In this document: positions 20,811-30,537 of the stretch, one piece after another | How the letters are laid out: every line of letters begins with the position of its first letter | Position numbering within the stretch: position 1 is the first letter of the stretch | Origin: Rikenellaceae bacterium | GTDB lineage: Bacteria; Bacteroidota; Bacteroidia; Bacteroidales; UBA932 | Length of the DNA stretch: 64,000 nucleotides | Direction: 5' to 3' | Assembly (NCBI GenBank): GCA_022766385.1 | Contig: JALEPJ010000052.1 | Coordinates: 3,472 to 67,471, forward strand | Translations under genes and position numbers: made by a program | The notes under the pieces: generated by a model | The model's input: only the letters and a program-made list of their open reading frames with translations | Databases searched by the model: none | Told to the model about the DNA's origin: nothing

Positions 20811-20843
20811 GTACTAAAACCTAAACCTGCATAATAGATGCAG
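20811..20843 (-). terminator. Possible terminator of the H1-like gene
   Basis: CTGCAT (20827-20832) pairs with ATGCAG (20838-20843), followed on the minus strand by GGTTTAGGTTTTAG. Other hairpins nearby (TTGCAT/ATGCAA at 20859-20873, AGAGCTG/CAGCTCT at about 20774-20804) make the exact site uncertain. Confidence 0.35.
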
Positions 20844-20896
20844 AAAGGTTTATATACGTTGCATCAAATGCAAAAAAAAAGTTCAATTTCTAAAGA

Positions 20897-21073
20897 TTAG
20901 TTCTTAGCCTCTTCTACAGATACTTTTCTGAACTCCTTAAGATCTTTCATAAGCTCAAGGGCAGCCTTGCGTGCACGTGCGCCAGCAGCTTTGTTTCCCT
21001 TCACTACCTGAGCCTCTGCGTTCTCCTGGAAAGCAGCAATCTCAGCATTGATTTTTTCAACAAGTTCTTTCAT
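20897..21073 (-). CDS. Histone H1-like small basic DNA-binding protein (58 aa)
   Basis: Below the ORF-track size cutoff. My translation is MKELVEKINAEIAAFQENAEAQVVKGNKAAGARARKAALELMKDLKEFRKVSVEEAKN, which matches the small 'histone H1' proteins annotated across Bacteroides/Prevotella. Confidence 0.6.
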   Translation of the reverse strand: MKELVEKINAEIAAFQENAEAQVVKGNKAAGARARKAALELMKDLKEFRKVSVEEAKN

Positions 21074-21167
21074 CTTAATACATATTTGGGGTTAATACTA
21101 TAGTTCTCCACAGGGTACGATGTATACTATACGCAATTTATGAAGAAAACTTGTGATTTGCAAGTGT

Positions 21168-21737
21168 TTATATTTTTTTTACATTCAAAATATTCATTGC
21201 ACGCTCAGGTCCTATGGTCGAATAATCCTTGCAGCCAGCAATCACCCTGTCGCTTATGCACTTCACCTGCTCTATTTCCTCGGCGCTCATATTGCCGATA
21301 ACGAAATCAACCTGCTGTCCTTTCGCGAAATCATTGCCTATGCCTATGCGTATTCTGCAGAAGTCCTGGGTGCCAATCAGTTCCTGAATGTTTTTCAAGC
21401 CGTTATGCCCGCCATCACTGCCTTTCTTCCTCATTCTGATGGTCCCGAATGGCAGATTCAGGTCGTCACAGATTACAATAAGGTTTTCCACAGGGATGTG
21501 AAGCTCCTTCAACCAGTATCTGACAGCATTGCCGCTGAGATTCATATAAGTGGAAGGCTTTAAGAGATAAAACCTTCTTCCCTTGAATGAATATTCGGCT
21601 ATGCTTCCGTACCTGTCTGTCTGGAAAACAAGATTGGATGCCTGAGCCCAGGCATCCAATACCATAAATCCCATATTATGTCTGGTTGAAGCATATTCTG
21701 CGCCGATATTGCCCAAGCCTACGACGAGATAGTTCAT
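21168..21737 (-). CDS. pth: Peptidyl-tRNA hydrolase
   Basis: 189 aa; LVVGLGNIGAEYASTRHNMGF and GGHNGLKNI motifs. Confidence 0.95.
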   Translation of the reverse strand: MNYLVVGLGNIGAEYASTRHNMGFMVLDAWAQASNLVFQTDRYGSIAEYSFKGRRFYLLKPSTYMNLSGNAVRYWLKELHIPVENLIVICDDLNLPFGTIRMRKKGSDGGHNGLKNIQELIGTQDFCRIRIGIGNDFAKGQQVDFVIGNMSAEEIEQVKCISDRVIAGCKDYSTIGPERAMNILNVKKI

Positions 21738-21755
21738 ATATCAGACTTTTGAAAA

Positions 21756-22319
21756 CTATCCTCTAGCGCTGTTACGTGTTGCCTTTACACCGCAGATGAT
21801 GGTATCCTTGTCGGTAAGGATGGTGATGTTGTCATACTTGAGGTCACCTGCCTTGATCTTCTTGTCAAGCTGGAGATCGCTGATATCAACGGTAAGATCA
21901 TCTGGAAGGTTAGCCATAAGTGCGCTGATGCGGAGAGTACGGCTGTTAAGTGTGAACTTACCTCCCTGCTGTACACCGACTGAGTGTCCGGTGATGGTGA
22001 TAGGCACGTTGATGGCGATTGGCTTCTCCTCATTCACTGCAAGGAAATCGAGGTGGAGACAGTTGTCCTTAACTGGATGATACTGAGCCTCGTGAAGTAC
22101 TGCTGTGTATTTCTGGCCGTTGTCGAGTACGAGATCAACGATGTGAGAATTAGGTGAGAAGATAAGACCCTTGAGATCCTTCTCTACAACTGTGAAGAGT
22201 ACATTCTCCATTCCAAGACCGTAAAGGTTGCAAGGTACGAGACCTTCTTTGCGGATAGCCTTGATAGTAGCCTTGTTTCCGACCTTGCGGACCTGGCCTT
22301 TAAGTTCAAAATGCTGCAT
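21756..22319 (-). CDS. rplY: 50S ribosomal protein L25 / general stress protein Ctc
   Basis: 187 aa; GNKATIKAIRKEGLVPCNLYG...HLDFL pattern; conserved pth-rplY pairing. Confidence 0.9.
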   Translation of the reverse strand: MQHFELKGQVRKVGNKATIKAIRKEGLVPCNLYGLGMENVLFTVVEKDLKGLIFSPNSHIVDLVLDNGQKYTAVLHEAQYHPVKDNCLHLDFLAVNEEKPIAINVPITITGHSVGVQQGGKFTLNSRTLRISALMANLPDDLTVDISDLQLDKKIKAGDLKYDNITILTDKDTIICGVKATRNSARG

Positions 22320-22413
22320 TTCTGTAAATTGTATAAAAATGTGTTACTCATCCCGTGGACTTGGCCCGGGACCCATTGCACCAAAAGTCGCAGGGACTTT
22401 TCAAATGCGGGCG

Positions 22414-22421
22414 CAAATATA
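22414..22421 (-). promoter_or_regulatory. Candidate -7 box TATATTTG (minus strand) for rplY-pth
   Basis: The plus strand reads CAAATATA, which is TAnnTTTG on the minus strand, about 95 nt upstream of the rplY ATG. -7 match only. Confidence 0.3.
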
Positions 22422-22433
22422 GTAAATATTTTA

Positions 22434-23744
22434 TTAATCAACAAGTTTCGTGGCCTTGTTCCAAGCCAGAGTCTTGTAGAAATTGTCAAGATATGCGCTT
22501 CCATTAGCAGGAAGATACATTGACAGTCCGGAAAAGACTTTAATTTCAAAGCCTGAACTGGTGCCCATAAAGGACTCGGTAGCGTTCTTGTAGATTATGC
22601 ATTCACCAAGAGCGGCGTCGATGGCCTTCAATTCCGCCTCATCTGCCCCGGCCTTTGCCAAAATATCCTTAAGATCATAGTACCAGTGATGGTTGTAACG
22701 GAAATACCCCTGCACCCTGGATGCATTGATATTGTCCAGTCCCTCCCTGTACTTGCCGAAAAGTTCGCTGCACAGGGTGCTGAGGGCATCGAGTTTGCGA
22801 CAATCGACAGCTGAGATGGTCGCGGACCTGTAAAGGTCGGTCTTGTTCTGATATTGCTCAAAGAAATCGTCAGCAACGGAGACGACATCAGGACTGTCGC
22901 TATCGAGCAGACGTGAGCTCAATTTTATATAGTCGAGACCGTCCGCAAGTATCTCTGCCTGAGAGAAAACCACATAGTCTGCCAGATCCTTCAGCTCATA
23001 AGCCACTTCCACGCCACCCATCAGACACGCATCGAAAATGAGATAATCGAGATGGAAAGGGAAGCACTGATGTGCCAGCTCGGGAAGGTCAATTTCGTAT
23101 GCCACGATTCCTGATTCATCCTTTCTGTATGTGCCTCCGAAGCTCTTCACGGCAGGATCGTCGGGATACTCCAGTCTTTCCCGTTCAAAATCCGCGCTGG
23201 CTCTGCGCATCATATAGGTATTGCCGCTCTCAAAAGCATCAGGATTCCTGTAATAGCCCTCGGGAACCCAGCCGGAAGCGTGTGAAGACATTACCGCACC
23301 GTAATGTTTGGCCTTGAACAGCTCGTCCAAGTCGTTGAGTATGATCTTCATATCATCCGGATCGGATAATTTCATCGTCTCAGAATAGTAGCGAAGGGTA
23401 TCGACTTGCACCTGACCCTTGTTCTTGTATATCTGGAGCATACTCGGCTTGGTGGGAGTGCTGTAATTCCCCCTTGCGGCAGCCAGACTGCTGATTACCA
23501 CAATGGCCTTGTCAGACTTCTTGTCCGGCACCCATCCCTTGGTAAGATCAAAGATATCTTCCTTCAAATATGACATCAAGTCATTGTATCCATCTGAATA
23601 CAAGATCATTACGCTCTCATATTCTTTGATTCTGTCCTTGCCTCCCCCACAGGTGCAGCCAATATCGCATCCCGCGATGACCAGCAGCGCCACAATAGCT
23701 AATACATTGTTCTTGAAACATCTCATATCCTGCAAAGATAGCAT
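22434..23744 (-). CDS. Clostripain-related (C11 family) cysteine peptidase, lipoprotein
   Basis: LLVIAGC lipobox. The SHASGW (His) and FDACLMGG (Cys) dyad context is typical of C11 peptidases. Alternative start at 23726. Confidence 0.65.
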   Translation of the reverse strand: MLSLQDMRCFKNNVLAIVALLVIAGCDIGCTCGGGKDRIKEYESVMILYSDGYNDLMSYLKEDIFDLTKGWVPDKKSDKAIVVISSLAAARGNYSTPTKPSMLQIYKNKGQVQVDTLRYYSETMKLSDPDDMKIILNDLDELFKAKHYGAVMSSHASGWVPEGYYRNPDAFESGNTYMMRRASADFERERLEYPDDPAVKSFGGTYRKDESGIVAYEIDLPELAHQCFPFHLDYLIFDACLMGGVEVAYELKDLADYVVFSQAEILADGLDYIKLSSRLLDSDSPDVVSVADDFFEQYQNKTDLYRSATISAVDCRKLDALSTLCSELFGKYREGLDNINASRVQGYFRYNHHWYYDLKDILAKAGADEAELKAIDAALGECIIYKNATESFMGTSSGFEIKVFSGLSMYLPANGSAYLDNFYKTLAWNKATKLVD

Positions 23745-23758
23745 TTTTCAGCTATATC

Positions 23759-24643
23759 TCACCCGCGGGGGTGGTGTTTGAGTATAGTATTCTGCCAAGT
23801 TGTCTTGTCTATGTGGGTATATATCTCGGTGGTGAGTATGCTTTCGTGGCCGAGCATCTCCTGCACCACCCTCAAATCAGCCCCGTTCTCAATCAGATGA
23901 GTAGCAAACGAGTGCCTGAAGGTATGCGGTGAGATCTCCTTCCTCACTCCCGCCAGCATCGCCTGCCGTTTGACCATATTGAACATTGAGATGCGGCTCA
24001 ATTGCCTTCCCCCGCGATTCAGGAACGCATAGTCGGCGCAGTCCTTTGCCGGCTCGATTCTTTCCTCCAGATAGGCCTCCAGAGCATTGAGAGCCATTTC
24101 GCCTATGGGGACAAGTCTTTCTTTATTGCCCTTGCCTATGATGCGGACTATGCCTTCGTCGCGGTAGATGTTGGAGAGGCGGAGGTTTACGACCTCGCTC
24201 ACGCGCAGTCCACAGCCGTAGAGTACTTCAAGTATTGCGCGGTCGCGCAGACCCATCCAATTGTTGAGAGGCACCGATGCCATTATTGCCTCAATCTCCT
24301 CGGGGGAGAGTACTTCCGGCAGATAGCGCCCCAACTTCGGAGCTGCGATGCCCTCGGCCGGATTGCTCTCGATTTCCTTTTCCATCAGCAGCCAGTCGAA
24401 GAATGAACGAATCGAACTGAGGAACCTTGCCTGCGAGCGCTTGGACCTCTCCTCGCTGCCGAGATAATCGACAATGTCGTCGGTGCTTATCTCCCTGGAG
24501 GACTTGCCGACAAACTCCAACAGGGCCTCCACGTCACTGGAATAGGCCCTGGCGGTGTTTTCGGATAGATTTCGTTCAATCTTGAGATAGAATCTGAAAT
24601 CCTTTATCAGCTTTTTGTCATAGTGCTGAATATTCTTCTCCAT
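23759..24643 (-). CDS. xerD: Site-specific tyrosine recombinase XerD
   Basis: 294 aa; GLRVSE, HTFRHSFATHL and LGHESILTTEIYTH (R-H-R-Y catalytic pattern). Its size and housekeeping context fit Xer rather than a mobile-element integrase. Confidence 0.85.
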   Translation of the reverse strand: MEKNIQHYDKKLIKDFRFYLKIERNLSENTARAYSSDVEALLEFVGKSSREISTDDIVDYLGSEERSKRSQARFLSSIRSFFDWLLMEKEIESNPAEGIAAPKLGRYLPEVLSPEEIEAIMASVPLNNWMGLRDRAILEVLYGCGLRVSEVVNLRLSNIYRDEGIVRIIGKGNKERLVPIGEMALNALEAYLEERIEPAKDCADYAFLNRGGRQLSRISMFNMVKRQAMLAGVRKEISPHTFRHSFATHLIENGADLRVVQEMLGHESILTTEIYTHIDKTTWQNTILKHHPRG

Positions 24644-26618
24644 ACTTCAACATCTGGCCAAGATAATCATCCGTGTAGCTGATTTCGTAGTCAACGGTCT
24701 TGCCGTTTTTCACAACAGGGACGATTTCCGGGTTCACAAAGCCTCCGTAAGGCTTGAGATTCAAAGCGGCATAGCGCTCAAGAACCTCCTTGTGCAGCTC
24801 AGGGTCAATATTGACAGCGTATCGCTCTACAAGTGCCTTGCCTGCAGCATAGTCGCCCTCGGACTTGATACGCTGAACCTCCTTGAGAAGCTCGCCGAAG
24901 AGGCCGCGCAGTGCCTCGAAGTCGTTGACCACGAAATAGGTCTTGCCGTCTCTCTGCTTTTTCTCAATGACATTGCCCTCGCGTCCGTGCTCATAGCACC
25001 ACTCCGCAATCAGCTTTCTGTTCTGCATATGCGCTTCGGTATTCGGACGGCCGAGCTCAACCCTGGTGAACTGAACCATAATACCGTTGCGTATGTAGTT
25101 GGTATACTGGGCTTTATAAGCTTCCTTGTCATGCAATATGCCGAGCTCGACCAGCTTAGGGTCTGCGCAATAGTAAAGACCGAAGAGGTCCGCGCGAGTC
25201 TCCTCAAGAGTCGAACTGTACTCGCCGAGGGCATTAGGCGATGTGCCAGGGAGCAATTGTCCCGAGCCGTGTCCAAGGCACTCGTGAAGGTCGGTATGAA
25301 TCTCATCAGTAACGGCCAGGTGCTTCTTGGCGAAGGCAATTTCCTCTTCGTCCCAGGCGAACTCGCTGAGTGTACTGTTCGGAACCTCATTCGCAGCGCA
25401 GTCGTAGGCGTGAGTGATATTGGCAATGGTAACGGATTTCGAACCGTAATCCCTCCTGATCCAATCGGCATTCGGCAGATTGATACCTATAGGAGTAGCC
25501 GGATATGCGTCTCCCGCCAGAGTGACCGCATTGATTACCTTGGCTGTAACTCCCTTGACCTCAGCCTTTTTGAAGCGCTTGTCCACTGGCGAATGGTCCT
25601 CGAACCACTGAGCGTTGGCACTCAGGATTTCAGTTCTCTTCGAAGCTTCGTCGTCACGGATATTGACCAATCCCTCCCAGGTGCCCTTTCTCGCGAGAGG
25701 GTCATTGTAATCTTCGATGAAGCCGTTGATGAAGTCAACCTTGCCTAAGCTGTCCCTGAGCCATTCAATATTGTACTTGTCCCAAAGCTTGAGGTCTCCA
25801 GTCCTGTAATACTCGATGAGGCTGGCGATGTACTGCTTCTGGGCATCGTTCTCCGCCACAGCTGCAGCCTTCTCCAACTCTTCGACGATGCGGCTGATAG
25901 CAGGGCCGTAAAGACCGCCCATCATCCACTTCTCTTCGCGGATGATGCCGTCGCTCCCCTTGACAAGCTTGGAGTTGAGACCGTAGGAAATCGGAGTCGG
26001 GTCGTTAGGGTCAGCCATTGCCTCATAGAAAGCATCAACCTCCTGGCGGCTCACTCCCTCGTAGTAGTTGACGGCAGAAAGTGCCACTATATCTCCCTGA
26101 CTGTCAGTCGATTTGCGCTGTGAAAGTATGCTCGGGTCGAAAATGACATCCATCAGTTCCGCACACTTCTCACCGTCTCCTACAGCCTCCATCAGGCTCT
26201 GGAAATACTCGCGGCTGCAAGCAGGAATAATCTTGTCCTCAGCATAATGATGATGTATTCCGTTGGAGAAGAATACTCTCTTTGCGTAAACCATAAAGTC
26301 AGCGAAATCCTGACACTCGCGGTCTCCCTTATAATTCTTGATAATGTTCTCAAGGCTTCTTCTGATGCTCAGGTTGTAGCTGCAGTTCTGGTCCCAGAGG
26401 ATGTCCCTGCCCCATTTTGCTGCCTCACCGAGATGGTAAACGTATTCCTTCTGCTGAAGGCTGAGTTCATCCCAACCGGGCACTTGGTATCTCATTATCT
26501 TGATATCTGCAAACTCGTCAATCAGATATTTGAATTCTTCTTTTCCGGAATCTCCGGCACAGCCTGTAGCCAGTAGAACGGTGCTACCCATAGCCATTAA
26601 CATTGATTTAGTTTTCAT
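24618..26618 (-). CDS. Dipeptidyl-peptidase III (M49 family), lipoprotein
   Basis: 666 aa; VLLATGC lipobox; the M49 zinc motifs HECLGHGSG and EETRADL. Confidence 0.85.
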   Translation of the reverse strand: MKTKSMLMAMGSTVLLATGCAGDSGKEEFKYLIDEFADIKIMRYQVPGWDELSLQQKEYVYHLGEAAKWGRDILWDQNCSYNLSIRRSLENIIKNYKGDRECQDFADFMVYAKRVFFSNGIHHHYAEDKIIPACSREYFQSLMEAVGDGEKCAELMDVIFDPSILSQRKSTDSQGDIVALSAVNYYEGVSRQEVDAFYEAMADPNDPTPISYGLNSKLVKGSDGIIREEKWMMGGLYGPAISRIVEELEKAAAVAENDAQKQYIASLIEYYRTGDLKLWDKYNIEWLRDSLGKVDFINGFIEDYNDPLARKGTWEGLVNIRDDEASKRTEILSANAQWFEDHSPVDKRFKKAEVKGVTAKVINAVTLAGDAYPATPIGINLPNADWIRRDYGSKSVTIANITHAYDCAANEVPNSTLSEFAWDEEEIAFAKKHLAVTDEIHTDLHECLGHGSGQLLPGTSPNALGEYSSTLEETRADLFGLYYCADPKLVELGILHDKEAYKAQYTNYIRNGIMVQFTRVELGRPNTEAHMQNRKLIAEWCYEHGREGNVIEKKQRDGKTYFVVNDFEALRGLFGELLKEVQRIKSEGDYAAGKALVERYAVNIDPELHKEVLERYAALNLKPYGGFVNPEIVPVVKNGKTVDYEISYTDDYLGQMLKYGEEYSAL

Positions 26619-26700
26619 TGTTTCTTATAAGCTAACATCTTTTATGCAAACTTACGCAAAATCTTTTTCATATCTTTGCATTCCAATCAAATTTGCCAAG

Positions 26701-29595
26701 ATGGAAGCAAGGTCCGAAATCGAAACCAAGGGTAATATCTCAATCACTGGAGCCAGGGTTAACAATCTGAAGAACATTTCAGTCGAAATCCCTCGCGGAA
26801 AGCTTGTTGTAATCACCGGAATCTCAGGCTCGGGCAAATCTTCGCTCGCGTTCGACACACTTTTTGCGGAAGGTCAGAGGAGGTTTGCGGAGAGCCTTTC
26901 GTCATACGCGCGCCAGTTTCTCGGAAGGATGAACAAGCCCGATGTAGATTCCATCGACGGAGTCCCGCCGGCAATTGCCATAGAGCAGAAAGTCAATGTG
27001 CGCAATCCCCGCTCGACTGTTGCTACCACTACGGAAGTATATGATTTTCTGCGACTTATCTTCGCCAGAATAGGCCGCACCTACTCACCCGTCAGCGGCA
27101 GGGAAGTGAGGTGCCATGGTGTCAATGACGTTATGTCCCTCATCCTCGATGGACGTCCCCACATCCTGTATATACTGTCACAGCTCGGATGGAAGGAGCG
27201 TGAGGACAAGGTCGAATTGATGCTCCAACTTAAGGAAGAAGGCTATTCCCGCTTTTTCCACGATGGCAATGTCGTCAGAATCGAAGAGGTTATGCAGCAG
27301 GCAGAGAACGGCAATTATCCGGAGCAGCTCTATCTCCTTGTTGACCGTCTGAAGCTTGCGGGAGGTGATGCCGATGAGGATAGCAGGGCCCGTCTCATCG
27401 ACTCTATCAACACCGCCTTCACCAAAGGGGAAGGGGAGATGCTGGTAAGTCTCGACGGAGAGCTACACAGTTTTGTGAACCGTTTCGAACTAGACGGAAT
27501 GAGTTTCCGCAAACCAGATGAATACCTCTTCAGCTTCAACAGCCCTCTGGGGGCCTGCCCGACCTGCGGCGGCCTCGGCAAAATCATTGGCATAAGCGAA
27601 GACCTGGTCGTTCCTGACAAAAGCCTGAGCATATATGACGGGGCCATAGCCTGCTGGAAAGGTGAGAAAATGGGCTGGTTCAAAGACCATCTCATCTCAG
27701 TATCAGAGCGTTACGGAATTCCTATCTTCGAGCCTTATTGCAAGCTTTCCGATGAAGTACGGGCCAGAATCTGGGATGGCGTGAAGGCTGAAAGGGAGGA
27801 GGACTCTCTTATTGGCCTCAATGAATTCTTCGCCTGGGTAGAAAGTCAGAAATACAAGATACAGTACAAATTCATGCTCAGCCGCTTCTCCGGTCGCACT
27901 GTATGCACCGATTGTCACGGCAGCCGCCTACGCCGCGAAGCTCTCTACGTAAAGGTCGGGGGCAAGACCATACACGAGGTGATGAGTATGAACATCATGC
28001 AATGCATAGACTACTTTAACAGCCTGGAGCTGGATGAATATGAACAAACCATAGTGAAAGGCCCTGTGGATGAGGTACTTATGCGCTTGAGATGTATAGA
28101 TGACGTAGGACTCGGCTATCTGACCCTGAACCGTGCCTGCAATACTCTCTCAGGTGGAGAGAGCCAGCGTATAAATCTTGTGACAGCCCTGGGCTCCTCT
28201 CTGGTCGGTTCAATGTACATATTGGATGAACCAAGCATAGGACTCCACCCCCGCGACACCGACCGCCTTATCAGCGTCCTGAAACGCCTCCGCGACATTG
28301 GCAATACGGTGATAGTAGTGGAACACGACGAAGAAATCATACGCTCCGCCGATGTTCTCATTGATATGGGGCCGAAAGCAGGTCTTCACGGTGGCGAGAT
28401 AGTCTTCTCCGGCTGTCTCAACTCCCTCCCGACGCCTCAGGCCTCCACCATTGCCCCAACTGAGACTCCAGCTGCCTCCTGTTTTTCACAGGAGGAACTT
28501 GGCCGCTCGCTGACCTTGCAATACATCTGCGGCAACAGACCGCGATATTTCCGCACTAAGCGCGAGTGGCAATACTCCATCAAGGTCGAAGGTGCGATGG
28601 AGCACAATCTCAAGAATATTGACGTTCGTTTCCCGCTCGGAGTGCTGACGGTCGTGACTGGCGTATCCGGCAGCGGTAAGTCTTCTCTGGTAGGAGACAT
28701 ACTCTATCCTGCGCTCTATCGCCGTATCAATGAATCGGGAGATCAGCCGGGACTCTTCCGCCGTCTCAGCGGCAATCTTGATCGCATCAAGCGCATCGAG
28801 TATGTCGACCAGAATCCGATAGGTAAAAGCAGCCGTTCAAATGCGGTGACCTACCTTAAAGTATATGATGAAATACGCAAACTTTTTGCCGAACAACAAT
28901 ATGCCAAGATTAATGGCTATGGCCCTAACTACTTCTCTTTCAATCAAACAGGAGGCCGATGTCCGGATTGTCAGGGTGAAGGTATAGTCAGAATCGAGAT
29001 GCAGTTCATGGCTGATGTCACTATGGTTTGCGAGTCGTGCGGGGGAAAGCGTTTCAAGCCGGATGTTCTGGAAGTCAGGTACAATGGCAAGAATATTTAC
29101 GAGGTTCTGGAAATGAGCGTTGATGAAGCCATTGAATTTTTTTCTGCTGGCAAGGAGGACCTGGCAAAGTCAATAGTCAGAAAGCTTCAGCCACTGGTGG
29201 ATGTCGGTCTGGGCTATATCAAACTTGGCCAAAGTTCGTCCACCCTCTCGGGAGGTGAAAGCCAGAGAATCAAATTGGCATACTTCCTTTCCTTGAGTCT
29301 GAACAACAATACTTCAGCAGCCTCCAACAGCATACTTTTCATCTTCGACGAGCCAACCACTGGACTCCACTTCTATGATGTTGAAAAGCTGCTGAAGGCC
29401 TTTGATTCCCTTCTGGCCAAAGGACATTCACTGATAGTAGTGGAACATAATCTCGACGTAATCAAGTCTGCAGACTGGGTAATTGACCTTGGCCCAGAGG
29501 CAGGTGACGATGGAGGACAGGTAGTATTCGAAGGTACGCCGGAGGATCTCGCAAAGTCCGGCAAGACTCATACAGCGCACTATCTCGCACAATAA
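26701..29595 (+). CDS. uvrA: Excinuclease ABC subunit UvrA
   Basis: 964 aa from the ATG at 26701. Two ABC ATPase modules ([26 protein letters not shown]; LSGGESQR twice) and zinc-finger Cys clusters. The ORF-track start at 26500 overlaps the divergent DPP3 gene. Confidence 0.9.
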   Translation: MEARSEIETKGNISITGARVNNLKNISVEIPRGKLVVITGISGSGKSSLAFDTLFAEGQRRFAESLSSYARQFLGRMNKPDVDSIDGVPPAIAIEQKVNVRNPRSTVATTTEVYDFLRLIFARIGRTYSPVSGREVRCHGVNDVMSLILDGRPHILYILSQLGWKEREDKVELMLQLKEEGYSRFFHDGNVVRIEEVMQQAENGNYPEQLYLLVDRLKLAGGDADEDSRARLIDSINTAFTKGEGEMLVSLDGELHSFVNRFELDGMSFRKPDEYLFSFNSPLGACPTCGGLGKIIGISEDLVVPDKSLSIYDGAIACWKGEKMGWFKDHLISVSERYGIPIFEPYCKLSDEVRARIWDGVKAEREEDSLIGLNEFFAWVESQKYKIQYKFMLSRFSGRTVCTDCHGSRLRREALYVKVGGKTIHEVMSMNIMQCIDYFNSLELDEYEQTIVKGPVDEVLMRLRCIDDVGLGYLTLNRACNTLSGGESQRINLVTALGSSLVGSMYILDEPSIGLHPRDTDRLISVLKRLRDIGNTVIVVEHDEEIIRSADVLIDMGPKAGLHGGEIVFSGCLNSLPTPQASTIAPTETPAASCFSQEELGRSLTLQYICGNRPRYFRTKREWQYSIKVEGAMEHNLKNIDVRFPLGVLTVVTGVSGSGKSSLVGDILYPALYRRINESGDQPGLFRRLSGNLDRIKRIEYVDQNPIGKSSRSNAVTYLKVYDEIRKLFAEQQYAKINGYGPNYFSFNQTGGRCPDCQGEGIVRIEMQFMADVTMVCESCGGKRFKPDVLEVRYNGKNIYEVLEMSVDEAIEFFSAGKEDLAKSIVRKLQPLVDVGLGYIKLGQSSSTLSGGESQRIKLAYFLSLSLNNNTSAASNSILFIFDEPTTGLHFYDVEKLLKAFDSLLAKGHSLIVVEHNLDVIKSADWVIDLGPEAGDDGGQVVFEGTPEDLAKSGKTHTAHYLAQ

Positions 29596-29633
29596 TTGAA
29601 TTATCCACAGGCGTCAAAAACTTTCCTAACAAT

Positions 29634-30515
29634 ATGGATGCAGTCATTACTTATGTGAACGGTCTTGACCCCGAGTGGCAGAAAGACTATATCGCCACTG
29701 TTGGAATGGAAACCTTTATGGACAAGCGTTTCCGTGACTGGGGCACACTCAAATACCTCCTCAGAGGCATTGAGATTCATCTTCCTTTCATCAAGAATGT
29801 GTATCTGATAGTTTCAGGAGATACTCAGGTGCCGGAATGGGTAAATAGAAGCAAAGTCAATATTGTACTGCACAAGGATATTATCCCAGCTAAACATCTT
29901 CCTGTATTCAACAGTACCGCAATAGAGATGTATATGCACAGAATTCCAGGACTGAGTGAGGAATTCGTATATTTCAATGATGATTTCTTCCCGGTAATGG
30001 ACTGTTCTGAAGAAGATTTCTTCAAAAACGGCAAGGCTGTCATGAAGCTCAGTCCAATGTATGTGGCATACAGTCTGTACGACAAACACGTAAAAAACTC
30101 GGACAGACTGGCCCGCAGAGCATCCGGAACATCTCACTTCGTCACTTATCTCCGCCCCCAGCATATCTGCAGTCCCCTGCTGAAAAGCAAATGCGAGGAA
30201 CTTTGGGCCCGTGAGGCAGCTGCTTTGAATGCCAGCATAAGCAAACTCCGTACAAGGGACAATTTCAATTACTATGCTTTCTGCGATTACGCCTACTTTA
30301 CAGGCTCAGTAATTCAGAAACGTCTCTCGAAAAAGCACCTGTCATTGGCTGTATCAAGTCCGGACAAACTTAGGGATAATATCATCAACCCCAGGGCTAA
30401 AATATTATGTATCAATGATGTAAATATGTCCCAAGATAAATATGAAGCTGTCCGTGCCAGCTTGCTGGATTCTTTCAACCATAAGTTCCCCGCTAAGTCA
30501 GTCTTCGAACTATAG
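29634..30515 (+). CDS. Stealth-family (CR1/CR2) hexose-1-phosphoryltransferase-like protein
   Basis: MDAVITYVNGLDPEW (Stealth CR1) and RFRDWGTLKYLLRG...LPVFNSTAIEMYMHRIPGLSEEFVYFNDDFF (CR2). Confidence 0.8.
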   Translation: MDAVITYVNGLDPEWQKDYIATVGMETFMDKRFRDWGTLKYLLRGIEIHLPFIKNVYLIVSGDTQVPEWVNRSKVNIVLHKDIIPAKHLPVFNSTAIEMYMHRIPGLSEEFVYFNDDFFPVMDCSEEDFFKNGKAVMKLSPMYVAYSLYDKHVKNSDRLARRASGTSHFVTYLRPQHICSPLLKSKCEELWAREAAALNASISKLRTRDNFNYYAFCDYAYFTGSVIQKRLSKKHLSLAVSSPDKLRDNIINPRAKILCINDVNMSQDKYEAVRASLLDSFNHKFPAKSVFEL

Positions 30516-30537
30516 GCTCCTTTATTTTTCACTGTCA

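Noticed and set aside
24618-24643. 26-nt overlap between the DPP3 3' end and the xerD start
   Set aside because: Same-strand overlaps of this size are common in compact operons, and there is no alternative signal. Nothing further to report.
24792-25748. 318-aa plus-strand ORF inside the DPP3 gene
   Set aside because: Antisense to a gene carrying both M49 zinc motifs. No family features.
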